Origin: Eutreptiella sp. 'Long Island Sound 2002'
Taxonomy: Eukaryota; Protista; Euglenida
Length of the DNA stretch: 64,000 nt
Reading direction: 5' to 3'
Assembly: GCA_964036045.1 (NCBI GenBank)
Contig: OZ038378.1
Location: 168,888,001-168,952,000 of the forward strand
Every line of letters begins with the position of its first letter. Within the stretch, counting starts at the first letter, position 1. A model generated the notes under the pieces. It did not search any database, was not told the origin of the DNA, and was given only the letters and a program-made list of their open reading frames with translations. A program made the position numbers and the translations under genes. Below are positions 25,301 through 37,913 of the stretch, piece after piece.

Positions 25301-28300
25301 GTCTGCTATTGATGCCGGCACCGAGCTCTAATTTGGAGGCGAGTCTGAATTTGGCACCGCTTTTGCTTCTACGGTTGGTTCAACTGCCACCTTTTTTGCA
25401 CCATTGCAATCCCTTCAACATCCGTTTGTGCTGCCGCTTGTATCTATGCAGTCTTGTTTGCCGCTTCCCCTTGTGCCCCAGCTAGTTTGGTCAGTTTTGG
25501 CCTTGTCCATGCCCCTATACCTGTTGTTGTGCCTCTTTTCCCTATTCCAGTGGTTGTTGAGTTTCGGCCCCTTGATGCGGGTCGGCAGAGAGCCATTTGT
25601 GACATGTCGGCCTAAGTGGAGCCGGAACAGGCCTCTGACCTTGGGTTGGAGCTCACTCACGTGAGTGGGCTTAGTGCATGGTCTAGAAAGCCCCCCCAAT
25701 GCAAGTAATTGAAGGCTAAGGTTGATTTTTATTCAGTGGGTGTGGCCAACTGCACCCGCGGTGCTGCTCCCAGGCCCGCAGTGGTGTGTCGTCTTGAAGC
25801 AAGCAGCCGAAGACCCAAGTGTGGTGGTGGTGGCATTTGCCCGGTGGGGTAATGGGCCGAGCAAAAAGATTGAGGAGAGAAGCTGCGCTCAACGGATGTC
25901 TCTTTCCCCCAGCTTGAACTGTTAGGAAGCCTTGCACATCTGATTCCCCTCCGGTACCCGCACAACCCTCAGGGGTTGCATGAATATGCTGGTTGGCCTG
26001 TGCATTGTCTGGTCCCCTCGTCGCCACCGTAGAGGTCTTTGTTGGCCCCTGTCCTCGCGTTTTGTTGGGGTTGTCACCTTGCACGTCGCTTCACGGAGTG
26101 GTCAACGGGAGCAGGATATGAGGGACGTCGGTGTCCACTGAGGAGTGCAGGAATAGGAAATAGGGCCAGGGATAGGGATGTGGTCATTTGAGAGTGGGGC
26201 TCCTTCAGGATGACCCTTCACATAAAAACTAGAGTCTTGTGGGACAGCTTGTACACAAATGCCTCCTTCGGTAACAGGATCTTCACTCCATAGGCTGTAA
26301 AATGTCCCTGAGCAGCTTGCTACCCAACAGGGCATAATCATTGTCTGGTATGCACACCTATGCATTGTGCCTGTGCATTGTCTGGTCCCCTCGTCGCCAC
26401 CGTAGAGGTCTTTGTTGGCCCCTGTCCTCGCGTTTTGTTGGGTTTTGTTCTGTCAGCTTGCGCGTCGCTTCAGGGAGTGCTCAACGGGAGCAGGATAGGG
26501 ATAGGTAGATGAGGGACGTCGGTGTCCACTGAGGAGTGCAGGAATAGGAAATGGGGCCAAGGATAGGGATGTGGTCATTTGAGAGTGGGGCTCGTTCCGG
26601 ATGGCCCTTCACATAAAAAATAGAGTCATCTGGGACAGCTTGTGCCCAAATGCGTCCTTTGGTAACACGATCTTCACTCCATAGGCTGTAAAATGTCCCT
26701 GAGCAGCAGTGCTACCCAACAGGGCATAATCATTGTCTGGTATGCACACTACCTTGATGACAGAAGAGGTAACACACCGATGCTTATGGAGAAACTTATC
26801 CACAAAACGTACCCCACCAGTTGATTGAAGCCTCGTCTATTGCGTGGGATGACACTCCATGCACAAATCTCTACACATGATGCCTTACAAGCCATCTGCC
26901 TCTTCCTGCCTCCTGGTTCCATGACTTTTGAAAATCAGCCCTTGGTGGTCGAGCCTACTCGTGGTTCGTTGCTCCACACCCGTGCAGAGGTCAAGTGAGA
27001 CCCCCTCAACACTAGCTTGTTTCGTACCCCTATATACACACGCACAGGACGAAAGCAAACCTCACACACACATGAGCAAATGTGTAGTGTGGACCCCTGA
27101 TTGTCTACACTCTTAGCAGTAGCACACGAACGGGGTGTGCCACACGGGAGCATGATCGCTGCGCGCTATTCTTCCACCATGGTTACCCGTCAGGGGCTGG
27201 CTTTGACACACCTCTCCAAATGCCCCCTAAGGACAGATAACTCTTTTGTACCACATGCCAGGGCCGAGCTTCGGGGGCGGGACCTTTAAAGAGCAACAAA
27301 CGGCATTTGTATAGCGCCTCATCTTGCATGATCTGGCGCTCAAAGCATGGACGGTTTGATGGAAGAACTTAGTGCCCCTTTTCAACAGGAGTATCACGGA
27401 CTATGCTCAAAACACCTAGACAAGGGGCCCCCAGGGTAGAACCTGCAGCTGCTTGGTCAGGCCGAACCGGTAAATGTCTGCGCCGTGCGCGCACCACGTG
27501 TGCGCCGTAACAACTACTCCCCCCATGATGTAGACGCCTTCTTGGACACTCAAACGTCTGAGGTTCAGTTGTTCATTCCAGAAACACCCATGTGATCAAG
27601 GATCAATATTACGCCAGTGACGCTCTTCTCTCTTGTGATGTAGCAATAGCTATGCTTTCCATGTGGTACCATGACAAGTTGTGCGCGTTGCCTCACAACC
27701 GCAGTCATGGAGTGGAGGACTTGCTACAATGTGAGAACTTTTTGGGGAGTCCCATTCTCAGGTCCGTAATGGGCAGCGTAATCAGAAAACTATATTATTG
27801 GCAGGAACTTGTTAGCCCGTTTTGACTAAAGTTGCGTTGGTCTGTTAGGGGGATGTGAGGTTTTGGGAGTGGCATCTATCATGCTGCCAGTTGTACATTT
27901 CAACTGGTCGTTTTGTGAAACGAATTGTAAAGTCATTCTACACCACCAAGTAGACTTCATGCGACAAGGTTGTCAACGTTTTTGGAAGCCGTGGCCTTGC
28001 CAATGGGCAGCTTCTTGATGAGTAAGCTTTTCGATTGTAGCTTCTTGTTGTGGTCTTGACAAGTAACCATTGTGGCATCACCAATCTATTTGCGCTTCGC
28101 TCTCTATGCATGTCATGCAAAGGAAGGAAGAGAGGTAAAATAGGCTAGTAGTAGGGAGTTGATTTTCATATGGAGGGATTTGAAATTCAATGCGAGGGGG
28201 TCAAAATGGATTAGGAGGGAGTTGACATTGAGTAGAATGGTGTTGAAATTGAGTAAGAGGGAGTTGAAATTGAGTAGGAAGGAGTTAAATTTGAGTAGGA

Positions 28301-31300
28301 GGGAGTTAAACTTGCTTGATACCGTCTTCCTCAAGGTGCATCACGTTCCTCAAAATCCAACCAAATTGTCTCTTGAGCAACGAGAGATGGTATTTCCTCG
28401 GGGGAAAACGAGTAGTGTCAAATAGGTTGATTGTACGTTATACCCATAGGTATGATCCGCCAATGTTCCAGAAACAAAGGGTCAAAGTTTGCTTCTTTTG
28501 TGTTTCTGGACACCGGTGCACTGCCCACCACATTAGTGTTTGTGGGTGGTGCCAACACTACCCCCTGGTAGGCGTGCCTCACACCATTTTCGTGGGCCAC
28601 CCCAATGGAGCACAATTGGACTTCCTTGAGCATGATGTGGCAAAGGTGCTTGATGATGGGGGACTAAGTTGTGACGATGGCCCTTGGCGGAGAAGAGTTG
28701 TCTGTTTTTTGGTACATTGCTTAACGGCATGCCAATCCATTGTTTTGGTTGTGGTTTTCATATGATTGATATTGTTGCCTTGTTGCAATTTTGCTTCCAA
28801 AACAACCTTTAAAATACTTGAGCAACAAGCACTGTGCCATGCTTTGGTGTAAGTGCACCTGAGACCTTTTGGCGCTGGAGTGGACCAGGGATTGCAACAT
28901 TGTTGGAGCTGGGCAAATCACCTGTAAGAGAGGTTGTGAGATGAGTGGCCATGGTGCATGCTGGTGTGCCCCCTTTGGTCATCCTCACATGCTCCCGTTG
29001 CTTACTGGTTGAGGAATGCCGTGGTTGAGGAGTGCATTCACCCGTGCTTGGGCCTCCTCAATCTGCAGAGGCACTCAGAGGGAGCTTAGCCGACGGTTAT
29101 GATGTGCTGCACATGGGACATACACATTGCATTAGTAGAGGATGGTGCAGGACAAAGCATGCAAGAGAGGCAATTTGGCACGCTGGCGCCGGTTCCAACG
29201 TTAACCGAGAATGTGTCATTTGATTAAAGATTGTGTGTTGCTTTGCTTGGTGAGTTTCGTTGGATTCTCTGCACTACATTCTCGAGATTCATTCTACACT
29301 AGCGGTGTTTGACTGTAGAGGATTGCTTTCTATTTTCGTCTTCGCTTAGATGTGGCAAAGTGACCGAACTCATGATGGGCAACTTGCGAGGCTGGGTGGA
29401 GTTCAACACGGTACAAGAAGCAAACAAGGCCAAAGCACTTCAAGGGGTGTTGTTGCCATTGCATAGCCCAGCGATCACAGTTCAAGGCGCCCAAAGCCCC
29501 TCCGTCAATCGGCACAGTGGTGCATACTAACGGAGGGGATGTGAGTGCATTAAACCGTGATCACCGTGCACAGCTTATCTAACAACGGGTGTTTTCGGGT
29601 ATCACTGCAAGTTCGGAGCTCTGGTTTTTTGGGTTTATATGTGTTGTCCATATGCTATTTTCGCTTTTACTACTTGCCACCACTCTGGGTGTCTTTGAGT
29701 GTTTTTTGTCTACCTCATGATTGATGATTCTCTACATACTTTTGCAATGTCTTATTGTTGTTGCGAATTGTACATGTGTTTCGCACTCCAACTGCTTTCC
29801 TTTGGCCGGGGTGTCTTTGGGACAACATTGCCGTGGGTCGCAAAGGATGGCTCTTGCCCTAGGCTTGTGTGTTTTTGTGTGTGACCATTGGTGCCGCTAT
29901 TGTTGCGCATACACAAGCTTCAGCTAGGCAACTACTGCCTATGCATGCGCAATTTGCCAGCCAAATTTCACCGAAGGAGAACTGCAAGTATCTGAAAGCT
30001 TACTGAGGGTGAAAAACCACGGCAGCAAAATGGACAAGAGGCTCGGGTGAGCTAAAAGATGACCCGCAAACACATTTGCCGTGGGGGAAAATGCACTGAG
30101 ATAGATAGAAAACCCCCCGGAGGAAAATAGAAAGGCTCAAGCTTAAAATAGGTCGCATGTGGATGACTCTCTACCCACACAGCCAACTATGGAAGCCTGT
30201 CGTTGTTGTTTCACGTGCACCATGCACATCCTTCCCTTTGGTGTGACGTGCCTCTTCAATCAAGACCAGGAAGTGCAAGAAGGGCGATTTCTAGGTTGCT
30301 GCGAAGGATCAGAAGCCTGCCAAGGGTGCTAAGACGAACAACCAAACCCGGTGGCAAGAAGTTGAGCCCGAGCGAGAAGAAGAGGGGGGGTGGCAAGTGC
30401 CGAAAGGGAAGAGGCTCCATTACTTCGCCTACATCTGACACGGATCTGACGGCCGTTGTTAGTGTTCGGTTATGTCCTATGGTTTGGAGCAACATTTACA
30501 TATTTTTGTTCATATGGTGCCGTGCCTCTCCATCCTCTTGATGCTTCTCGCACAGGTCAACCAATGACTCACGATCCGGTCGCTTGTTCCACATCATGCA
30601 AACGCTCAAGTGGCGGAAAGAGTAGACCCGAGAGGAAATAACTCACCGATGACAAATTTACAGCAACGCTTGTCTTGGTGGTGTGTGCACCTCGTCTACT
30701 ATATTTTGTTACACTGTGCATGCAACTGTACATCATTCAACTAATTGTGGCATTCCATGCGACACTTTGTGTTTCCATGGGTACATAAGTGGAGTGGTCG
30801 ACGAATGCAATGCGATGCATTGCGAAGAATGGTAAAGAGAAAGACACTTAATTGCCACTAGTGGCAAGTCAGCCAGCATCCGTTAACAAGCGGGCAAATA
30901 GAGAGTCCGGTCATGGACAAAATGGTTTGGGGGCGTCCGCAACTTTAGTGGTTTCACCCTTAATGCCCGGTGTTATGATCATGCATCTTTCTAATGGTTT
31001 TTCTTTGCGCAATTTTGTGCGCATATGCACACCATGCTTGTTGCGTGTGTGTGGCAGCGATATGCCATGGCGTGGCATTGCTGTGTTGTGCCTCCCCAAA
31101 TTGTGGACCACACTGTGGGCCACCCACCCACCTAGTCGGCTACCCAGTGGGCGATCAACGAGTACGGCATCGTTATGCTCATTTTGTGCCCCCTCTCTAT
31201 CAAAAACCTAACAGCCATTTGGCCGTCGAACCTTTACGAAAAAGTATCATAGGGGTTGAAGCACGTGTCAAGAACCTCCGATAGCGCCATGTGTGACCTA

Positions 31301-34300
31301 ATACCGTGGATGTTGGACGAACCGCACATACTGATGCTAATTACTCATGGGCAGTTCTGGCAACCCACACACCACTGACTGTGATGCTCATCATCTTCTA
31401 TTGTTGTGCCACGGTTTGTGGTGTGCTTGCTTGATGGCATAACATGTGTACCTTGCCGCAACCCATAGGTTTTGGAACATTGGTTGTGAGATTTGCGGGG
31501 GTCGGAGAGGGGCTCGATTCAAATACCACATCCCTTCCTCCTCTCAGCATCGCTGTGCGAATTCTAATGTTTGATGTTAAAGGTGATTTTTTTCACAGGG
31601 GCCATCAATCGGACAAGGATGGGACCGTCCACCGACGATTGGAGATAAGTGCTGAAATGGCGTTGTCAAGCCTGAATGCCATGCAGCAGCGAGCACCTCA
31701 CAACATGAAACAGCTGCCACACAGGAAACAGTCTCATGAAAGCGCCTCTTACGGGTAAGGCTTTGACACACCTCCCGGAATGACCGCTAAGGACATATAA
31801 CCCTTGGGTACCACACGCCGGGACTGAGCTTCCAAGGCGGGATCTTCAAAGAGCAACAAATGGCATTTGTAGAGCGCCTCATCTTGCACGCTATGACGCT
31901 CAAAGCATGCAGTTTGAGGGAACAACTTAGCGCAGCAGCTCAACTCAAGACTATCACGGACTACGCTCAAAACCCGTAGACAAGGGGCACCCAGGGCAGA
32001 CGCAGCAGCTGCTTGCAGAGTGCCAAATCTCGGTGCCATGTGCGCTGCGTGCGAGCCTTGTCAGCCCCCCCCCCCCCCACGTGCCTAGCCCCGGTGGTCC
32101 TCCCAACCCGAAGACTTCTTAGATACCTTAAGGCCGGCAAAAGATACATGATTGAAGCATTCAAGGCAACGAAATCCGCGACAAGGAGGCCAACGCAAAC
32201 GGACCTTGGGTGCAGAGGTTTCTCCCCTAAACCCTCAAAGCAAGCATAGAACTCTATGTCAAGGAGTGTTTGCAGGGCCACACAATGTGACCCAGCACGT
32301 GGGCGGTGAACACAACATCAAGCAAAATATTGCCATTGAAAATCCGGAGTTCGGCCGCTATCCGCACAAGAGCAGCACCGCTTATCACGAAATCATGGTG
32401 TTTCAAGCGTGGTTACATGGAGAAGCTTGGGGCGATGAAAATGTTGGTCAAACCATGGGGTCCCCTTAAAAAGGTTATCCAGTTTTGCATGAAAGTACCA
32501 CAAGTAACGTCAACACGACTTTGGCTAAGTGAACCATTCAACAATCATTGTAACAACAATGTTTGACGGTATTGCATGGCGGAGTAAATCAAGTACGAAT
32601 GGGCTTGCACCACAAAAGCGGCCTGATACCGAACACCAAATAAGCCCACCCAATCACCCCCCCTTCATAAAAGACATCCCATGAACATGAAATCTTGAAT
32701 GACAGACAATGTACCGGGAACAAAAGCAGCAATGCAAGACACCATGTTTACAAGAGCACATGCTATGAAAACAATTGAGCATCCATGAGGAGCAAACAAA
32801 GCTTGAGCCATGGGATGCCGATGGGGAAGAGGAACGAAATTCAGAATTCTGAAGCAAAACAACAAACAATTTTTGCGGTGACAGTCACGTGTTTAAACAA
32901 AGCAACACGATCTTGGCTGACTGGACACTGTGGTTTGAATTTAACGCACCCCCCCTTTCCCTCAACAACCAAGGCTTTGCACACCGAACCAACATAGGGG
33001 GAGGCAATAAAACTAGTGAAAACTTGAAAGTTGCGCCTCCAAAGAAATCCCCACCCTTTCGCCCCCGCAAAGCCAACATGAAGCATGACACGATGGGATT
33101 TGACAGTGACTATTGGTGCCAAGAGTGTGTAGATGCTGTCTCCAGCCTACGTGTTTCTCCGACGGCAACGCCGTCGCTTGGTCGAAGGCGGACTTTTGAA
33201 CCACAAGAACATGGAAGCACCATCAAGGATGTTCCTCTCCCAACGGGTCAAACGCCACGTGCGATGGACAACACGCTACAATAACCACGCCTGGAGTCTT
33301 TGGAGCACGTCGGGTGCCAAAGATCATTCCTGGATGGCATTGCCACTCTGCACCAAAACCTACCCGACATCCGTGAGCCCCGGGAGCAACTGTTGCAGCT
33401 CCCCCAACACGCCCTCAATGGTCTTCCGACTGAAGACTACGTTCCCGCATACCTGCGTGGGCAACCGAAGCCGAAGCTTGTATGTCCCTACAAAGTAAAG
33501 TCGCTTTCCTTTTCGGGGCCGACTTCAATCTCCTTAGGTGAATACATTCGAGACGAAAACATCCCTTTTTCCGCTATTTTTGCGAAGGGCTTTTTTGGCT
33601 GTGCCAAAAGCATTAGTTCTTGGCGGAAAGCAAGATTTTGCTTGGGGGAGTTTTGGTTGTGGATCTTGCCAAATTACAAAATTGCCACCTTCGTATTGAA
33701 CGCCTACCCCGTTTCTCAACTTACAAAGCAACAACCTCTAGCGAAGGTTGACCGCCCAAATATGCGGGGGGAGGGGGAGGGGGGGCGGGGGGCAGTAGTC
33801 CCGGTGGGGGTCATGTTGAGGGTAAGGTTAAACCCCAAGTAGGCTCCATGCACCGACCCCAATACCCTGGGCGAATAGGATGTTAGTGCATTGGCCGCCG
33901 CTCCACGTCCTGCCGCCTTGGGATTCCCAAAATAGGACAAAATCCAAATGGCCGAGCAACCCCTATTATAATCTTTGTAGTTGCTTGGCCGAGGATGGCA
34001 AATTTTATGCCACACTAGTCGCGGGGGCAATCCGAACCTATGGCATGGTCTACCCAATGGTGTCCACTTTTGGTCATGGCTAGGTGTCTAGGGAGCTCCT
34101 GGAAAATAAGTGGACCCACCTAGCCCCAAAAGACTACCAAACAATTGCATGGTTATGATACGCTAGGTGGACAAAGCCCGACATCTAAGCCAGTCTCGGG
34201 TGACTACCGCCCAACAGTCTAAAAAAATTGACAACAAGCATGAAAGCACCACAACCCACATGTTTATTTCTTGCCATGTCTGGTACACACATGGAGCGTG

Positions 34301-37300
34301 CCACGAGACGTTGCACTATTGATCCACATCGCACATGGGGACACGCGAAGATCACAAACGACTAGTTTCGGGACGCCGAATGCACAGTGGAGTGCCTCAT
34401 GAAGGATGATTTTGGCACCAGCATCCCTGCAATGGTCGACTGCGACATGGCAGGTGCCCTCGTCGTATAGGCCAAATTGGAGGCAGGGCATCACTTGGGA
34501 AACCACACACTCTTGGATAATGTATGTGTTCAAAGGGAAGGATGGCCGCCGCTTGCAACAAAATGCCAAGAACTACGCCAAGACTCATACGCCGCGGCAG
34601 TCCTCAAAGTGGACAATCATAATGCCTCCATCATCTGTGCAATCTTGGGAGCCACAATGTGGGCATAGGGGCTATACAACCTCTGCCAAATTGAAGGGTT
34701 ATGCGGGGAAGAATCAACATGGCTGCATAACCCGACGGCCCCCACAGGAACAAATTGTCTCCACACCGCCGCAAATTGGGATTCACGAAAGCAGCCAAAT
34801 CAAAAGGGCCACACAATGCATGCCTTCCTACGAGCTTGGAAGTGCGAAGCGTGGCTAAAACACCCTTGGCATCTTGATACATCATGTAGACTACACAACC
34901 GCTACCACATTGCAGCTACCCAAAGAGGGGTCTTGGAGGCCCAAATAAGGACAAAGTGGCTACCAAAGGCTTCCAACTTAAGGGTGCTCAAGGGTGGGAC
35001 CAAATCAAAGTGGTAACACAAATTGTGCTGTCTTGCCCACATGTCTACAAGGTAGACACATAACGCCTGTTGCTTTGTGTTCCCTGAAAAGGAGGAGGAA
35101 AGCCACATGGCTAGATAACCTTTGGCATCTTGGGAGCCCACAATTAAGCAAAGTGGCGACATAACCCTTTCAACCGGGAGGTCCCCAAAGTGTCGGCGAG
35201 ATCAAAGTCGCGAGATAACATTGGCTGTCTTGGGGCGGCAATGTGGGCAAAGTGCCGACATAACCCGTGCTATTATAAAGGGCCCCCAAGACAACATGGT
35301 TGCATAATCTAGAGGCCCAAATGTAGAGGAATTTGCTGCCATTGGCCGCCGACTTGGGATTTGCCAAAGCAATGACGAATTCAAAATGGTTACGTAAACA
35401 CGGTTGTCTTAGGGGCCCATAGGGAAACAAACTGGCAATACAGCCCCTCTTCTCTCGCGGAACCTAAAAGCAAGAACGACATCAGCATGGCCGCATAAGC
35501 TTTGGCGTCTTGGAGGCCCTAAAAGTGGGCATAGTGGGTACATTACCGGTGCCAGGGGTCCCCAAGAAAAGAGAAACCTTGAAAAAGAAGACTAGCTATG
35601 GCGGTCGCCAAAGCGGGGACGAAATGAACATGGGTGCAAAAACTTGTTGGCTTGGAGGCCAACATGTGGAAAGAGGGTCCACCAAACAATGCCGTCTTCA
35701 GGGCCCTCAAAGCATGGATGAAGTCCTAAAACATATAGGATCGCTGCTGTCTTGGCGGCCCACAAGTGGCCCAACTAGCTACATACCCCGTGCCGTCTTG
35801 GATGTGCCCAAAGAAGGGTCAAAAATCAATATGGCTAAATTTTCCATGGCGTGGTGCCGGGGTGCTGCCTTTGGGGTCCAGAAAGCAATGATGAAATAGC
35901 AATGGTCCCCAATCGCTTCCGTCTAGGGGGAGTATTCGCGCCGCGTGCACCGCACACTATTTTCCCGACGTGTTTACCCGTAAGGGGCTGGCTTTGACAC
36001 ACCTCCCCGAAATGACCCCTAAGAAGAGATGACCCTTGAGTACCACATGCCGGGGTTGAGCTTCCAGGGCGTGATTTTTCCAAAGGCAACGTACCACATT
36101 TGTATAGTGCCTCGTCTTGCACCATCTAGCGCTCAAAGCAGGGACGGTTCCATGGAAGAACTTAGTGCAATAGCTCATCTCAAGACTACCACACACTAGG
36201 CTCAAAACCCTTAGACAAGGGCCCCTAGGGCAAAAGCTGCAGCTGCTTGGTCAAGCTAGACTGCCAAATCTCCGCGCCGTGTGCGCGCCGCGCCAAGTGC
36301 TCCCCCCTTGGGCGCACATGTTAACAAAGTGGCTACATAGCCCAAGCTGCCTTGGGCATTCCCGAAGAGTGAACAAAAGCCAAATGGTGACATATTGTCC
36401 CTTCTATGGGGGGGCCACAAATGGGCAAAATGGCTAATAACCCCTGCCGTTTTGGCAGCCCCTCAAATCGGGATGAATACCAAGAAGGCTATATACCCCC
36501 GCCATTTTGGGGCCCAAAAGCACAAACCGATGCCAACTTAGAGTTTCCCAAAACAAAAACCCAATTCGGAATGGTAACATAAACACTGCCACCTTAGGGG
36601 CCCACAGGTAAACAAAGTAGCAATACATCCCTTGCAGTCTTGCAGATGCTAAAAGGAGGTACCAGGTCCAACTACCTGCACAAGTTCTGCTGTCTTAAGG
36701 GTCCAAGAGGTGTGCAAAGTAGGCAGTGCTAGCAGGAGGGTCCCCAAAGGGGCAACGAAATCAAAATGGCTACACAGCCCTTGCCATTATAGACATCCCC
36801 AACGTGACATCAAAATGGCTACACAACCCCAACCAACATAATGGTCCAAAAAGCATGGAGGAAATCAGAACGTCGACACAATCTTTATCGGCTTGGAGGG
36901 CAACATGGGCAGAAAGCGTCCAAACAACAACGCCGCCTAGGGGGTCCCCAAAGCAGGGAGGGATCCCATGTCTTCAGTATCGTATTGATTCCATTCCGCA
37001 ACAAAGAAGCTCAAACCTTGAAGATGTTCATGGATCATCTTTTCCAATGTAGCAAGCGATTCGCCGTGCAATTTTTAGGCATGATAAATACCCTTAGCAA
37101 AGAGTTGCAACCTCTTTCCAATTGTACATCATGAATACGTTTTTGGGCCTCGAAAAAGGATGTTCTCATGATTTGCGAGATCTGCTCATAGCTTGCAAGC
37201 CCGAGCCCCGGCATTGGAGTGGTAGTATAGTGGCAACGAGAGGCCGTGCTTCATGAGGTAGTCACCAGAGTACACACCTATTGTGTCAAGGGTATGGGCA

Positions 37301-37832
37301 CATCTAAGGATGAAGTTGCGCTGCTACGAAAAATAGTTCGGTGGTATGTAGACACTGTTCTGTGATAAGTAGAGTGTGATATGCAAGTTCTAGGTTGTGG
37401 AGTACAACTATGTCCAACTTGGAGATAACAATCAACGAGGGCACATGGAATCAATAATAGTGGGGGCAAATGCTGCCTTCTCCCCCCGCAAACGGTTCAG
37501 GGGTGCGCACACATTGATCTTAGTAAGCGGAGCCTCAGGGCCTAACATTTTTGCAAGCTGCTCATTTGTGAGATGCACGGTACTGTGAATGGTGCTAAGG
37601 CGTATTGCGGCACGAAATTCCTTGCAACATCTTTTTCAAGGTACACCAAGCCTGTTGGCTCATCCAAGGCTGAACGCTCAAATTGTTTGGTGATCTAAAG
37701 GCATTGAGGTATATCAAAGTGATGGTGATGTGCAAATTGTATACCACGATCTGTAGTCAATCATTGTTAACATGTGGCCGTGGCCGACCTGCTCAATGAA
37801 TGGCCCGTTGGTCTTTATACTCTGTTCCCTCG

Positions 37833-37913
<81 letters not shown>

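Noticed and set aside
24291-25331. 346-aa plus-strand ORF as a real gene
   Set aside because: It runs from a decayed TE-like segment into a tandem duplication and is compositionally implausible. It is probably a chance fusion of frames.
28418-28633. FDPLFLEHWRII resembling a Ulp1/C48 protease His motif
   Set aside because: Single short motif with no supporting Asp or QxxxxDCG motif in frame.
34264-34569. Minus-strand VAVDH...FGVPKLVVCD resembling a retroviral integrase core
   Set aside because: The spacing between the putative catalytic Asp residues is far too short, and there is no third acidic motif or LTR context.
37205-37280. GCATTGG...TAGTATAGTGG tRNA A-box-like sequence
   Set aside because: No B box or cloverleaf downstream.
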